Source: an uncultured virus (IMG/VR IMGVR_UViG_3300034092_002263)
Taxonomy: Duplodnaviria > Heunggongvirae > Uroviricota > Caudoviricetes
Direction: 5' to 3' (one strand)
DNA length: 64,000 nt
IMG/VR virus record: IMGVR_UViG_3300034092_002263
Part shown: piece by piece, positions 36,205 to 46,487 of the stretch
How the letters are laid out: each line of letters begins with the position of its first letter
Position numbering within the stretch: the first letter of the stretch is position 1
Notes under the pieces: generated by a model
The model's input: only the letters and a program-made list of their open reading frames with translations
Told to the model about the DNA's origin: nothing
The model's database searches: none
Position numbers and translations under genes: made by a program

Positions 36205-37552
36205 TGTTCATCTTGTGTACTGTGATGTGGAAATCCATAGTTTGACCAGCAAACTGACCATTTCCAGCATAAAACGCTGCCGTAACTTCATCATTGTCAG
36301 AAACATAAGCGTGTGTTAATAATAAGTTTTGAACCAAACCAGAAGCTGGAGACATAAAGACCGAATACTTATCGGTTGATAAAACTCCAGTAACATCAAA
36401 TTTTTCTTCATGAGCGTGATGATTGCTTATCACTGGGAGAGTCTTAGTAACTATAGCATCTATTGGAAATATGCCAGAAACAGCTTCAATAAAATCAACC
36501 ATCTGACCAGACATTGCAACTTGAAAATCTGTAAATTCATCATAAACTCCAGAAATTTCTATATCAACATAATCTTTAACTCCACTAACTTGCACCAGAA
36601 TACTACTGGCGCTGATATCTATTAAATCTTCCAAGTGTCCAGACACTGATATGAGTTCACCAACTGTTGCGTATATACCAGATAAGTCTGGAATATCATC
36701 GACAACGAGATTTCTAAATGTTGGATAATCTTCTTCACAGGTTGGACTACATACACCAGTTGGTCCAGCAAAAACAGTATGAGCATCCTGCTTATTAAGA
36801 AGTATATATTGGTTTACGTCTCCACTGACCTGTATAACTAAATGAGAATTTGTTTGTTGATTTAGTGGCAGTTCACTATCTGTAAGATTGGGAGAAAAAT
36901 GTACATATTGAGTTCCACCAGAATATGGAGCTTGAGTTAAACCAAGATCGGCATTAGCTCCATTTAAAGCTTGATAGTGTATACCAGTTGGTCCTACAAA
37001 ATATCCAGAAGCTCTAACTCTAGATGAATATTCTTCAGCATCACCGCCAAGATCGACGCCGTAAACAGGATTTGACTTGTTAATACCTAATGCATTTAAT
37101 GCATTATCAAAAACGAAGTTGTTAAAATAATTAAGTACATTTTCAGAATCCCAAACAGCAATGCCTTTTCTTTGCGGAACATTAAGATTTGGCAATCCAG
37201 AACCCATCATGACAGCATGAGTTGCTGGATAAGTAATAAATACTTCTTTTACGCCGGGAGGAAAATTGACTATGCTATTATTTGAATTACTAGTTCTGAA
37301 TGGGTGGCGTTCAAGCTCGTCATATGTAATAGAGTCTTCTGGATCATAGTCTGCTCTTTTGTAAATACCAGAGCCTATTTCATATCTAATTCCATCGGTG
37401 GCGGCATAAAATACAACCTCTTCGTGTGCGAAAAATCTACTTAATGGACTAAAACCATCAGCAGCACCAGCTAATGCAAAATTAATCACACCTTGAGTAT
37501 AGGTTAACTCTTTAACACGGTCATACAGGTTTATTGCATTTTGTTCTGCCAC
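36194..37552 (-). CDS. Putative fibre/appendage protein (452 aa)
   Basis: GTG start with AAGGAG SD. N-terminal LxDRVKE...EIGxG...VFxTYPA domain shared with 45814-46485; PTFRNLVVDDIPDL fibre motif; xSG-rich helical repeats. Confidence 0.65.
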   Translation of the reverse strand: MAEQNAINLYDRVKELTYTQGVINFALAGAADGFSPLSRFFAHEEVVFYAATDGIRYEIGSGIYKRADYDPEDSITYDELERHPFRTSNSNNSIVNFPPGVKEVFITYPATHAVMMGSGLPNLNVPQRKGIAVWDSENVLNYFNNFVFDNALNALGINKSNPVYGVDLGGDAEEYSSRVRASGYFVGPTGIHYQALNGANADLGLTQAPYSGGTQYVHFSPNLTDSELPLNQQTNSHLVIQVSGDVNQYILLNKQDAHTVFAGPTGVCSPTCEEDYPTFRNLVVDDIPDLSGIYATVGELISVSGHLEDLIDISASSILVQVSGVKDYVDIEISGVYDEFTDFQVAMSGQMVDFIEAVSGIFPIDAIVTKTLPVISNHHAHEEKFDVTGVLSTDKYSVFMSPASGLVQNLLLTHAYVSDNDEVTAAFYAGNGQFAGQTMDFHITVHKMNNVN

Positions 37553-37567
37553 TATTTATCTCCTTTA

Positions 37568-38548
37568 TTATACTGCTTCATAAGCTATAGTTATATTATG
37601 TGCTGGAGGAGTGCTTCCAGAAGGATTACCAAAAACTAGTAGATCATTATATTCAGAATCTACATAATCTCCATCTTCTTGTAAAACGTAGAATGTTAGA
37701 TATTGTGGAGTTCTTTCTGCTATACCAACCGTAACCCTATCGAAATCTCCACCGCCAGTGCTACTTGCTCTACCAGTACTTCTCCCAACTGCAACATAGT
37801 CATTATTGGCAAACAAGTTGGGCTTGAAATAAATCTTAAATTTGCCAGCAACTGGATTATCATCAACATCTCTCAATCTTTCAATTTTAGAAATATTGTA
37901 CGCGCTGTGTACAGAAGCTGTATTTACTTCGCCAACACCAGAAACAGAACTAAAACTTAACCAAGCTTGGGCTGTAGATCTTCCAGTAGAAATAGTTGTA
38001 GCGTCTACATCAAACTCCATAATCGTATTACTGCCAACATGAATAATTTCTGAAGTTGTAGAAACCCACTCAAATTGAATTCCATGACCCGTCAAAGAAG
38101 CAGTCGCTCCACTTGCACGAATCCAATTATTTTCCACGCCGAGGTGGCCTGTCATGGTCCTAACACCATTTCTATTTACATACTGTGGGTGATCATCATC
38201 ATTTAAAGATGATGCAAGTAGTTGGCCGTGATCAATGCCAGTTGGGCCGGGATATGGTTGGACTTGTATTCCACCGCCACCAACTGGATTATTGAATCTG
38301 ACGCCACTTTCTACAATAAGTATACCACCAGCATCTCCAGCAGTATTAGTTCTAAGATGCACATTGCTTATGAATCTAGTTCCAACACTCTCCCAATCGC
38401 CACTTGCTACAATGTACGGGATAGAATAAGCAATATCGGCCATATTCTCTCTTACATCTGCTGCACTAATTAAGCCAGCATTATTATCAGCAAGATCACT
38501 AGTAATATTGTTAACTAATTGGTCAACAGTTTTAGCTATACGAGTCAT
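37568..38548 (-). CDS. Putative fibre protein (326 aa)
   Basis: N-terminal DNNAGLISAADVR shared with 53789-57151. DH...DDDHPQY fibre motif; C-terminal AQAWLSF...YNISKIER...GKFKIYF tip domain. Confidence 0.65.
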   Translation of the reverse strand: MTRIAKTVDQLVNNITSDLADNNAGLISAADVRENMADIAYSIPYIVASGDWESVGTRFISNVHLRTNTAGDAGGILIVESGVRFNNPVGGGGIQVQPYPGPTGIDHGQLLASSLNDDDHPQYVNRNGVRTMTGHLGVENNWIRASGATASLTGHGIQFEWVSTTSEIIHVGSNTIMEFDVDATTISTGRSTAQAWLSFSSVSGVGEVNTASVHSAYNISKIERLRDVDDNPVAGKFKIYFKPNLFANNDYVAVGRSTGRASSTGGGDFDRVTVGIAERTPQYLTFYVLQEDGDYVDSEYNDLLVFGNPSGSTPPAHNITIAYEAV

Positions 38549-38559
38549 TTATCTCTCCT

Positions 38560-39081
38560 TTAATAATTAAAATATCCACCCCGATGATCATGTTCGCCAT
38601 AATTTCTTGTTATAAACTCGCTACCCGGAGCATATGGACCAAGTATCGCGTGTCCAGCAATACTGCTTCCTGCTCGATAGTCTAACATAGCAGATTCGAA
38701 TTTATCACACAAGTCTTTGTACAAGACGGTTAGTGTACCAGCCACACCTCTAAGATCTATGGCGCTTGGACCATCTTTAATTGAAATAGCATTTGAAGCC
38801 TCTAGTCTAATTTCGCTGCCTATAATTACACATGCGGTTTTGAGACATGTAAGAATCACAAAGTCTGTATCTTTTGCACTTTCTTCAGTTGGGTCTGGAG
38901 TAATGTCACATTTTTCTACATTTATGTTATAGTCGTTTGGAAAATCTGCTTCATTTGCAACCAGATAAGCTGATACTAGTATACTTGTTTCTATTCTTTT
39001 ATCACTATATTTATAGTTAGAATAATCTAAGTCATTTATTAGATGACGAACTATAGTAGACATTTGACCTTGCCAACTCAT
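38560..39081 (-). CDS. Putative head-tail adaptor (173 aa)
   Basis: IVRHLINDLD..YKYSDKRI helical start and SIKDGPSAIDL hairpin typical of SPP1 gp15-like adaptors. Confidence 0.6.
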   Translation of the reverse strand: MSWQGQMSTIVRHLINDLDYSNYKYSDKRIETSILVSAYLVANEADFPNDYNINVEKCDITPDPTEESAKDTDFVILTCLKTACVIIGSEIRLEASNAISIKDGPSAIDLRGVAGTLTVLYKDLCDKFESAMLDYRAGSSIAGHAILGPYAPGSEFITRNYGEHDHRGGYFNY

Positions 39082-39090
39082 TTTGTCACC

Positions 39091-39396
39091 TTATAAATTA
39101 CAATGGACTTGAAAAGTATATATATCGGTATAATATGTGCCGCTTGGCAGATAGACTTTTGCTTGTAGTTTGTGCATTCCAGAGTCAGTCAAGTCTCCCG
39201 GTAAAGTATCGTAATATACTTTGCCATCGACTCCGTTTGTCAAAAACGTCCCAACTCGGTAAAATACTTCGTCGTTTGGACGGCGAAAAATCATCTGGAT
39301 TTGAGCAGCGCTAGATAAGTCTACAGTAGTGCCATTGTCTTGGACCGTAGCCAAGAACCTAGTACCCACATCGTTAATGTGTATCTCGTTTGGCAT
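39091..39396 (-). CDS. BppU N-terminal-like Ig-fold virion protein (101 aa)
   Basis: ND.GT.F...VDLS...GKVYY....GDL...G....QAKV pattern. Confidence 0.6.
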   Translation of the reverse strand: MPNEIHINDVGTRFLATVQDNGTTVDLSSAAQIQMIFRRPNDEVFYRVGTFLTNGVDGKVYYDTLPGDLTDSGMHKLQAKVYLPSGTYYTDIYTFQVHCNL

Positions 39397-39397
39397 T

Positions 39398-39460
39398 TTA
39401 CCTCTTTAGTACGCAGCTTATTAAGGAAGAAATATTGAGTGTCACTTCTATGACATTCAT
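39398..39460 (-). CDS. Possible 20-aa mini protein MNVIEVTLNISSLISCVLKR
   Basis: ATGA overlap with the upstream 57-aa ORF; its stop lies 1 nt before the next ATG. Confidence 0.35.
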   Translation of the reverse strand: MNVIEVTLNISSLISCVLKR

Positions 39461-39630
39461 AATATTACAGTCCTATCTCTATCTATATTAAGAATAAACG
39501 TACTTACTTGGTTTATGTTGCTATGTAGGCTCTCTATCTGGTTTACACTAAGTATAAAGCCAAATACCTCACCGTTATGATACACCGTGTCTGATGTACT
39601 AAAAGGTAAGAAACTGAAGAATCCAAACAT
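39457..39630 (-). CDS. Small virion-associated protein (57 aa, MFGFFSFLPFS...; not in the track)
   Basis: Translated by hand; fills the gap between neighbours; aromatic N-terminus followed by short beta repeats. Confidence 0.6.
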   Translation of the reverse strand: MFGFFSFLPFSTSDTVYHNGEVFGFILSVNQIESLHSNINQVSTFILNIDRDRTVIL

Positions 39631-39638
39631 TTATACAC
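39631..39638 (-). promoter_or_regulatory. Putative late promoter element GTGTATAA
   Basis: Intergenic; abuts the ATG at 39630. Confidence 0.5.
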
Positions 39639-39653
39639 TATTATCCATAGGGA

Positions 39654-39824
39654 TTAACTATCTTTTTTTTCTTCTGGTTGAGACATAGACTCATTTACTC
39701 TCTTTAGCTTTTCATAAAGCTGACCAACTGGCGCTAAATCCGCCGCTTTGAAAACACCCCTTTGGGTAGACATATCCACGATTGCCATTAGATTTTGAAT
39801 ATCTGTCTGATTTAAATGTTCCAT
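39654..39824 (-). CDS. Small helical phage protein (56 aa, MEHLNQTDIQNLMAIVDMSTQRGVFKAADLAPVGQLYEKL...; not in the track)
   Basis: AAGGAG SD. The D....RG.F...L..VG..Y.KL pattern resembles a small protein family I recall near fibre genes of large phages (unverified). Confidence 0.75.
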   Translation of the reverse strand: MEHLNQTDIQNLMAIVDMSTQRGVFKAADLAPVGQLYEKLKRVNESMSQPEEKKDS

Positions 39825-39846
39825 TTTCTTTCTCCTTTATTGAAAA

Positions 39847-40167
39847 TTATTCCTGAATTGGTGCTACTATACCCTTTTCAACACCAACCTTCTGTATATA
39901 TAATAGTAGTGATTGGATAATATTTGCAAGGTCTGGATCTTCAGAACTTTTGGATAAAATACCATCAATATTCATCCATACCCCATTACTGCCCGGTTCA
40001 GTTTCTGGAACACCGTCAAATACTCCAAATTTGACCATTCTAACAGAGCATGTGGCATCTTGGGCCGGATGAGGCGCACTAATCATCACATCTTGAATCC
40101 ACAATTTATCGTATGTTTTTGCTGGAATCACGCTTGGTTCTGCTGGTGCTAATACTGGTAAACTCAT
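39847..40167 (-). CDS. Hypothetical fibre-associated protein (106 aa)
   Basis: GAGGAG SD; downstream of the tail fibre and its chaperone. Confidence 0.7.
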   Translation of the reverse strand: MSLPVLAPAEPSVIPAKTYDKLWIQDVMISAPHPAQDATCSVRMVKFGVFDGVPETEPGSNGVWMNIDGILSKSSEDPDLANIIQSLLLYIQKVGVEKGIVAPIQE

Positions 40168-40171
40168 AAAA

Positions 40172-40723
40172 TTACTCCTCTATAAAATTGGGTGGAATAT
40201 ATACTTGTAATAAATCTTCTCTTGTTTTAGCATTTTTTACTCTTTCATCTTCTGTTATATCTCTCAAAAATTGTTTCTTTTTTACAATTTTTTCTACATT
40301 TTTTGGATCGCCACTTTCCAAAGCTCTGATGTATTTCACATCTAATAATTCAAATAATGGTTTTCTATCTTCTCTTAACTTATTTTTCCATAATAGTTTA
40401 GCCTTTTCTATATCAAATTTTATTTTTCTATCTTTGACTTTATTTATTTCATTTTTTATATCTATATCTAGTATATTATTTTGTTTTTTATGTTCAATTA
40501 AGTCGTTGTATGAAATTCTTCCAAGCCCATATCCATCTGGATTACTAAAATCTAACGTCCCACAATCAAAAAAAATTTCATCTAAAAGTAAATCTTCATC
40601 TGATAAAACCAAAAATGGCACTCCAGAAGGAACCGACACCTGAATTGCAGTAATGAAATCATAGTTTTCATTTACAAAACCTTGTGCTAGACAATCATCA
40701 ACATTAAAAAAATATCTTTTCAT
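40172..40723 (-). CDS. Putative tail fibre assembly chaperone (183 aa)
   Basis: C-terminal EKAK..WK.KLREDRKPLFE.LDV.Y.RALE...KKQFLRDIT helical motif; directly after the tail fibre gene. Confidence 0.65.
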   Translation of the reverse strand: MKRYFFNVDDCLAQGFVNENYDFITAIQVSVPSGVPFLVLSDEDLLLDEIFFDCGTLDFSNPDGYGLGRISYNDLIEHKKQNNILDIDIKNEINKVKDRKIKFDIEKAKLLWKNKLREDRKPLFELLDVKYIRALESGDPKNVEKIVKKKQFLRDITEDERVKNAKTREDLLQVYIPPNFIEE

Positions 40724-40740
40724 ATTGTTATTCCTTATTC

Positions 40741-43700
40741 CTAAAAAGTGTCTACAGATATTATACTAATGTATCGTGAATCTGTTGGTGTGCCAGCGGC
40801 ATTGTATGTTAATATTCTTCCGTTTGAATAGGTGTATGTCGTATGAAATATTGTTGATGTTGCAACATTGATTAAACCAAAACCACCAGGAGCCATATAT
40901 ACTTCATATACCCCAGCACTAATCCTATTAACTGTTAAAATTATACCTCCCATATAGTCTCTAGTAAAACTTGCTCCTTCCATTCCAAACAAAGCTATTC
41001 CCATAGTTTGTGTATCAACAAATTTTCTCCAAGTTTGCCAAGTTCCACTTCTTCTTTGCCTAAACCATAAACCCGCATCGCTACTTGTAGGACTATAAAA
41101 TTGAGCAACCCAATTTCCGTCACCAGCGTGGTCGTAATCCCACCTGTGACCATATGCATAAATTGTACTAAGTGGTTTATTTGGATCATTATCAGTATTA
41201 AGATTTGGTAAATTAGAAGCATTTGATGCTACGTGCCAATAACCCTCTACTGGAGCGTTCATATCACCATTTGGATAAGACCCATCAACCCGAAAATAAT
41301 TACTTGCTGCTATACCATTTAATTGGCTAGCACTTGCACAGTTACCAGTAATACTAATTCCCCATGTTCCACTAGCATTACCACCAGTTAATGTTGGGGA
41401 ATAACTGTTATAATTTCCAGCATGTAATACTTGACTAGAATTAATTGTTAAATTAGAAAAATTTGTTTGAGCGGTTGCGTCAGCATATCCTACATGAGTA
41501 TCGGCATGTGCGGTGTCTCCGACATATCCGTATAATCTCCATCTTGATCCGGACCAATATGTTTGAACACTATAGTCAGTATCTTCATCTCGTCTATATA
41601 ATCTTGTAGCACCTCTATGATTTCTACCATCTCCAACAACAACTTTTCTCCAAGTGCTTGGAGCGCCACCCCAAACACCTCTAGCATACATTAAGTCAGT
41701 GTTCCCAGCATGACAAATAATTTGCCAACCATATCTAGCTGAACCATTAGCATAATGTAAAGCTTGAATTCCTTGAAAATGACCGCCTGTAAAAGGCGCA
41801 TTTGCAGGATTATCCCACACATCAGTAAAACCACTGCCCCAATCTAACATTGCGTTAAAGTCTGCATATGACCATCCCATAGAGCCTGTCCAATAATTTG
41901 TATCACCGGTAGTTGCTGCTCTACTAAAAGTATTTTTACCAGTTAATCCCATATGAGCTTTGAATGTGGCTAATGAATGATATCTAATGAAATTATCAGT
42001 AGATGCATATATTCTAGTAGGTTGAGTTCCTCCAGAATCTCCACTAACAGTATTAATCCAACTGAAATAAGTATATCCATTAGCATCAGATCTTCCTATA
42101 GTATTAGCATTTCCAAAACTAGTACCAGCGGCTGGAACACCACCATAAGAACCCCAGTTTGTGGCTGTAGTGGCTGTGGTGGCTGTAGAAGCATTTCCGC
42201 TTAACGAACCAGAAAAAGTTGTAGCGGTGACTGTGCCATTACTTCCTAGCGTTATAACAGCGCTTCCAGACTTATTCGCACTGAAAATTCGTACACCGCT
42301 AGAGAATCTCATTGAACAATAGGTGTCATTTAAATCTACAATATCACCATCATCTCCTATCCTTATCCCTCCTCCAGTACCATTACTAGTAGAAGTATAT
42401 ACAGAACCTGTGACTGTTAGATTGCCACTTATAGTACCGCCACTAAGTGGAAGAGCATAGCTGCTATAATTACTAGCATTTAAAACAAGATTTCCAGTAA
42501 AATATCCATTGGTATAAATATCACCAGCCACATAAAGATTGTTTCCACCACCAGTTGCACCAATTTGTACGTGCTGGGATGTATTTCCGTGTTGTAAAAA
42601 TAGATGTTCTGCTGCTGTACTACCAGCGTTTTTTCCCCAAACGTGGCGTGTTTGTAATCGTCCATCTCCATCATTACCAATATTTAGTGTTGGAACAGCA
42701 TCGTTCCAAGCTCTGCTAGTTTTTATCCAAGCTGATCCTGTGCTATCTATTCTCATTCTTTCGGTAGCGCCATTTCCAAACGTATTAGTATTAAATGTTA
42801 AGAAACAATTGCCAGTTGTTGCATTTCCACTAATAGTTACAGGAAAAGTATTGTCCGTATTTCCCCAATGAATTGTTCTAGATGCTCCTCCACTATCTAC
42901 AAATGCAAAACCCCCACCACTTATTGTTAACTTTCTTAATGGTGTATTGGTTCCTATTCCAACATCGCCACCAAGTGGTTGTAATATTAAGTTATAAGCA
43001 TTAGATGTTGTAAAATTTTGTGCCTGTATTGAAGCAGCACCAGTGGAGGTATCAACACCACCAATAGCCAATCCATAGCCAGCACTTAAATTTTCGAAAG
43101 TGGCAGCATAGAAATTTTTACTACCAAGTGATGGCGTACCATTAGCGGATTGATAAAAAGATGTGCCAACACTATGAATTCTAACTTTATTTCCGTTATG
43201 CGCCCCAAGAATTAAATCATAATTATCATAGTCATAAATATAATTAGTACCATCTGACCATTTACCAACCATAAGCCCGTCTGTTGCTGTTGATCCGCTT
43301 TCATTATTAGTAAAACGAATCATAGATGCTCTAGATGCTGTGCTGTTATGTATGTGTAGTACTGTTCCATTAGTATTTAGAGTCGGAGAAGTGGTTCCTA
43401 TGCCAACATTTCCATCACTAGTTATTCTGATTCTTTCTGTAGCTGCTGCACCAGCGCCGGGAGTAACATGAAAAGTCATTCCTTCAAAATAATCAGCATT
43501 TATACGTCCCATTTCTACAGTGGATCTTCTAAAACTAATTCCAGCACCGTTAGAAAACCCACCACCAACTTCAGCAATAATGACCTGTTCTTCTGATGTT
43601 GTTGTATTCAACACATGCAAATGAGATGAAGGGCTACTTGTTCCTATTCCAACATTTCCAGAACTATCAATAACAACATTACTTTCAGCATTAATACCAG

Positions 43701-44784
43701 TAGTTGTTCCATCGCTAGTTAATAATCTATTATCACCATAATTTGAAATAGTAGTTCCGCCACCGCCACCGGGAGTAACTGTAACATTAGTCCATAATCC
43801 ACTGGCGCTATTATACTGTAAAAACTGACCATTGGTAACTCCACTAATAGCAACATTATGTAGTTCTTCTAGTTCAAATCCATTTTGTACTTTAACAAAA
43901 ATCTTGCCATTATTTTGCTGCTTAACAACAACATAACCAAGAAATACTAAATGATTTGGCGCTGAAGGTTTATTTGCAAGCCCGTATATCAATCCTCCGG
44001 GAGTAGTGGGTGATAACCATATTGGATCTCCAGCAGATCCAGCCAAGCTAGTATCTATTTGATTAATCGTGCCTTCTGTTACAACAAAACCAAATTCATT
44101 TATTGCAAGATCTTGCTTCAACAAACCTAAAGTCTTTGATGATGTAGATTCTCCAGAAGCAATTGCCAGCGCAATTGTTGGGTGATCACCTTGCGCCCCA
44201 TTAATATAAACCGCTTGACCTTTAGATAGAGATTGTCCGGTTGTGTTCTTAACATAAGCATGAACTTCAGTAGCATAGTTATCTATCCATTGAAGATCAT
44301 AGCTAGTATCACTTACCTTTTGTAGTATTTGATTAGACGTTCCTCCACTTGGCAATATTGCTATGGGATTATTTTGATAATGCAAAACTCCACTAAGATT
44401 ATATACAGAACTTGTTGTTGGACTTGGTGCAGATCCAGATGATAAAATCAACTGATCTGTATTTAATTTAGTAGAATACACATTGTTAAATCTAAAATTA
44501 CTAGATCCAATATTGTATACATTGTTTGCAAGTGGTAAAAAATTTCCTTGACTATCTATTTTTAATTTGGCTGATGCTGATTCGCTATTCGCTGTTGCAA
44601 AAATTATAGATGTAGGATTAGAGGTAGCATCAAACGTGGCTTCCGCCATAGCGTATATGCTACCCCCAATTAATATAGCATCTCCACCGCTTGCATCACT
44701 TGATGCAGCAAATGATAAACGTCCTAAAATATCTGATTCAATTATATCAGAATCAGATGTTTGTAAAGTTATGGATTGAGCCAT
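40741..44784 (-). CDS. Long tail fibre / receptor-binding protein (1347 aa)
   Basis: Three G(N/D)VGIGT repeats with ERxRI, LSGGTISGNL and GNASTATTAT fibre motifs; knob-like LWFRQRRSGTWQTWRK domains. Confidence 0.85.
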   Translation of the reverse strand: MAQSITLQTSDSDIIESDILGRLSFAASSDASGGDAILIGGSIYAMAEATFDATSNPTSIIFATANSESASAKLKIDSQGNFLPLANNVYNIGSSNFRFNNVYSTKLNTDQLILSSGSAPSPTTSSVYNLSGVLHYQNNPIAILPSGGTSNQILQKVSDTSYDLQWIDNYATEVHAYVKNTTGQSLSKGQAVYINGAQGDHPTIALAIASGESTSSKTLGLLKQDLAINEFGFVVTEGTINQIDTSLAGSAGDPIWLSPTTPGGLIYGLANKPSAPNHLVFLGYVVVKQQNNGKIFVKVQNGFELEELHNVAISGVTNGQFLQYNSASGLWTNVTVTPGGGGGTTISNYGDNRLLTSDGTTTGINAESNVVIDSSGNVGIGTSSPSSHLHVLNTTTSEEQVIIAEVGGGFSNGAGISFRRSTVEMGRINADYFEGMTFHVTPGAGAAATERIRITSDGNVGIGTTSPTLNTNGTVLHIHNSTASRASMIRFTNNESGSTATDGLMVGKWSDGTNYIYDYDNYDLILGAHNGNKVRIHSVGTSFYQSANGTPSLGSKNFYAATFENLSAGYGLAIGGVDTSTGAASIQAQNFTTSNAYNLILQPLGGDVGIGTNTPLRKLTISGGGFAFVDSGGASRTIHWGNTDNTFPVTISGNATTGNCFLTFNTNTFGNGATERMRIDSTGSAWIKTSRAWNDAVPTLNIGNDGDGRLQTRHVWGKNAGSTAAEHLFLQHGNTSQHVQIGATGGGNNLYVAGDIYTNGYFTGNLVLNASNYSSYALPLSGGTISGNLTVTGSVYTSTSNGTGGGIRIGDDGDIVDLNDTYCSMRFSSGVRIFSANKSGSAVITLGSNGTVTATTFSGSLSGNASTATTATTATNWGSYGGVPAAGTSFGNANTIGRSDANGYTYFSWINTVSGDSGGTQPTRIYASTDNFIRYHSLATFKAHMGLTGKNTFSRAATTGDTNYWTGSMGWSYADFNAMLDWGSGFTDVWDNPANAPFTGGHFQGIQALHYANGSARYGWQIICHAGNTDLMYARGVWGGAPSTWRKVVVGDGRNHRGATRLYRRDEDTDYSVQTYWSGSRWRLYGYVGDTAHADTHVGYADATAQTNFSNLTINSSQVLHAGNYNSYSPTLTGGNASGTWGISITGNCASASQLNGIAASNYFRVDGSYPNGDMNAPVEGYWHVASNASNLPNLNTDNDPNKPLSTIYAYGHRWDYDHAGDGNWVAQFYSPTSSDAGLWFRQRRSGTWQTWRKFVDTQTMGIALFGMEGASFTRDYMGGIILTVNRISAGVYEVYMAPGGFGLINVATSTIFHTTYTYSNGRILTYNAAGTPTDSRYISIISVDTF

Positions 44785-44787
44785 TTA

Positions 44788-45768
44788 TTACACTATATAC
44801 CAATTTGTTCCATCGGAAACAAAACTTAAAGATTCATATTGATAGTATAGAACTTTAGAGGTTGCCCCATCTATAGTCTCAGAACTATTTCTTAATATTG
44901 TTACTGGACCAGCACCGCTATCGATTTTCTTAACAAAAACCATCTTACCAGATACAGGCGCTGGCAATTTTACACTTATGCCAGATACACCACCAGTAAC
45001 TAAGTTTATATCAGCGGTTATTATTTCATTATTTACGAATGTACTATCTATAGTTCTTTGTACTTTATCTTCTGTAACTGAACTTGTTGCTAATTTTGCA
45101 TTTGTTATCCCGCTATCCTTAACACGTACTGTGTCGCTAACAATCTCTATTGTTGAATTATCTACTAAAATATCAATAGTATAAGTATCGGTAGCTCCTA
45201 TAGTTGTTATAATACCAGAACCACCAAGTATCGATAATGTATCACCATCATTCAGTGTTTGCGCTGTGCCATTGTCTGCTGATAATGTGTAAACACCGCT
45301 ACCAATATTAAAATATGTTGTTCCGTCATTTGTAAATCGCCATTTATCTACGCCTTCATCATAAATTAATGAGACATTTGGTTGATTGCCACGTTCAACT
45401 TCTAATCCAGCATCTATTGATGGTTCCCCCGTAACATTCTTATTAAGAAGAACTATATTATCTTCTATTGCAAGAGTTTCAGTATTTAATACTACTTGAG
45501 TACCTTGTACTGTTAAATTTCCACTAATTAACAAATCTTTCTTAAGAGTGACATCGCCATCAGAAAGTATTGTTATTGCGTCAGGAGTGCTAGAAGAGCC
45601 AATATTTCCACTGTTAGAAATTAATACATTATCTACAACTATACGATTATTAGTTGAATCATAAACAAAGTTAGATGATGCTTCAAATGTTTGGTCAGTA
45701 GATGGATTACCGAAGTAAACAATACCAGATGGTCTAAGTGGATTATCTTGGTGTGGGGCGTAAGACAT
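44788..45768 (-). CDS. Fibre protein (326 aa)
   Basis: GNLTVQGT...IEDNIVLLN...AGLEVERG, ITNAKLA repeat, and C-terminal LPAP...FVKKIDS...IDG...SDGTNWYIV knob. Confidence 0.75.
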   Translation of the reverse strand: MSYAPHQDNPLRPSGIVYFGNPSTDQTFEASSNFVYDSTNNRIVVDNVLISNSGNIGSSSTPDAITILSDGDVTLKKDLLISGNLTVQGTQVVLNTETLAIEDNIVLLNKNVTGEPSIDAGLEVERGNQPNVSLIYDEGVDKWRFTNDGTTYFNIGSGVYTLSADNGTAQTLNDGDTLSILGGSGIITTIGATDTYTIDILVDNSTIEIVSDTVRVKDSGITNAKLATSSVTEDKVQRTIDSTFVNNEIITADINLVTGGVSGISVKLPAPVSGKMVFVKKIDSGAGPVTILRNSSETIDGATSKVLYYQYESLSFVSDGTNWYIV

Positions 45769-45813
45769 ATTATTATTCTCCGTTTATTTTGGGGGTTTCT
45801 ATAGATAAATACA

Positions 45814-46485
45814 CTAAATAATGTACCAGTTATTACTATTAGAAACTAAAGTTAATGATGTATTTTTATATCTCATTTCTATATTGGGATTAGAATCTAT
45901 AAGATTTCCACCTTGAGAAACAATGTTTGCATAATAATTTCCAGTAGAACTTACCATTTTAAATGTTAATGATTTTCCATTCATATCGCTTGCTAGTGGC
46001 AAAGTAGCCACCACATTATTTGTATTACAATTTACCAAAACTATGTCATCCAAAGCAGAAATTGAGCTATTTGATGTAATTGTTCTAAAATGCCTAATAT
46101 TTGATGTTACTATAGTTCCATCTGGCAAAACTATTCCAGCATATGTTCCGTCTGGAGCGATTGCAAAACCTTGAGAATTTAACAAAAAGGCTTTTGATGC
46201 AGGATATGTGCAAAATACAACAGATAATCCAACTAAACTAATTCTTTGATTATTATTAGTACTATCTAATATTTCATCTCTTGATAGCGAGTTATTACTA
46301 GCTGTATATGTCCCAATACCAATTTCAAAATTTGCGCCATTTTCAATGGTATAATATGTGGAGTTTCCATTTCCAATACCATCACTAAACGATTGAAATC
46401 CAGAAAATGTATCCTGTAATTGGATTTGGAGGCCATTTCCCTCTGTTAAGGTTATTTCTTTTACCCTATCAGCTAGTTTAAACAT
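45814..46485 (-). CDS. Short fibre/appendage protein (223 aa)
   Basis: N-terminal LADRVKE domain plus a C-terminal TLPLAS...NWYII knob shared with the neighbouring gene. Confidence 0.7.
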   Translation of the reverse strand: MFKLADRVKEITLTEGNGLQIQLQDTFSGFQSFSDGIGNGNSTYYTIENGANFEIGIGTYTASNNSLSRDEILDSTNNNQRISLVGLSVVFCTYPASKAFLLNSQGFAIAPDGTYAGIVLPDGTIVTSNIRHFRTITSNSSISALDDIVLVNCNTNNVVATLPLASDMNGKSLTFKMVSSTGNYYANIVSQGGNLIDSNPNIEMRYKNTSLTLVSNSNNWYII

Positions 46486-46487
46486 AA

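Noticed and set aside
40741..44784. Diversity-generating retroelement target or invertible tail fibre cassette
   Set aside because: No reverse transcriptase, invertase or adenine-variant repeat pair was seen in the window. A remote template repeat cannot be excluded.
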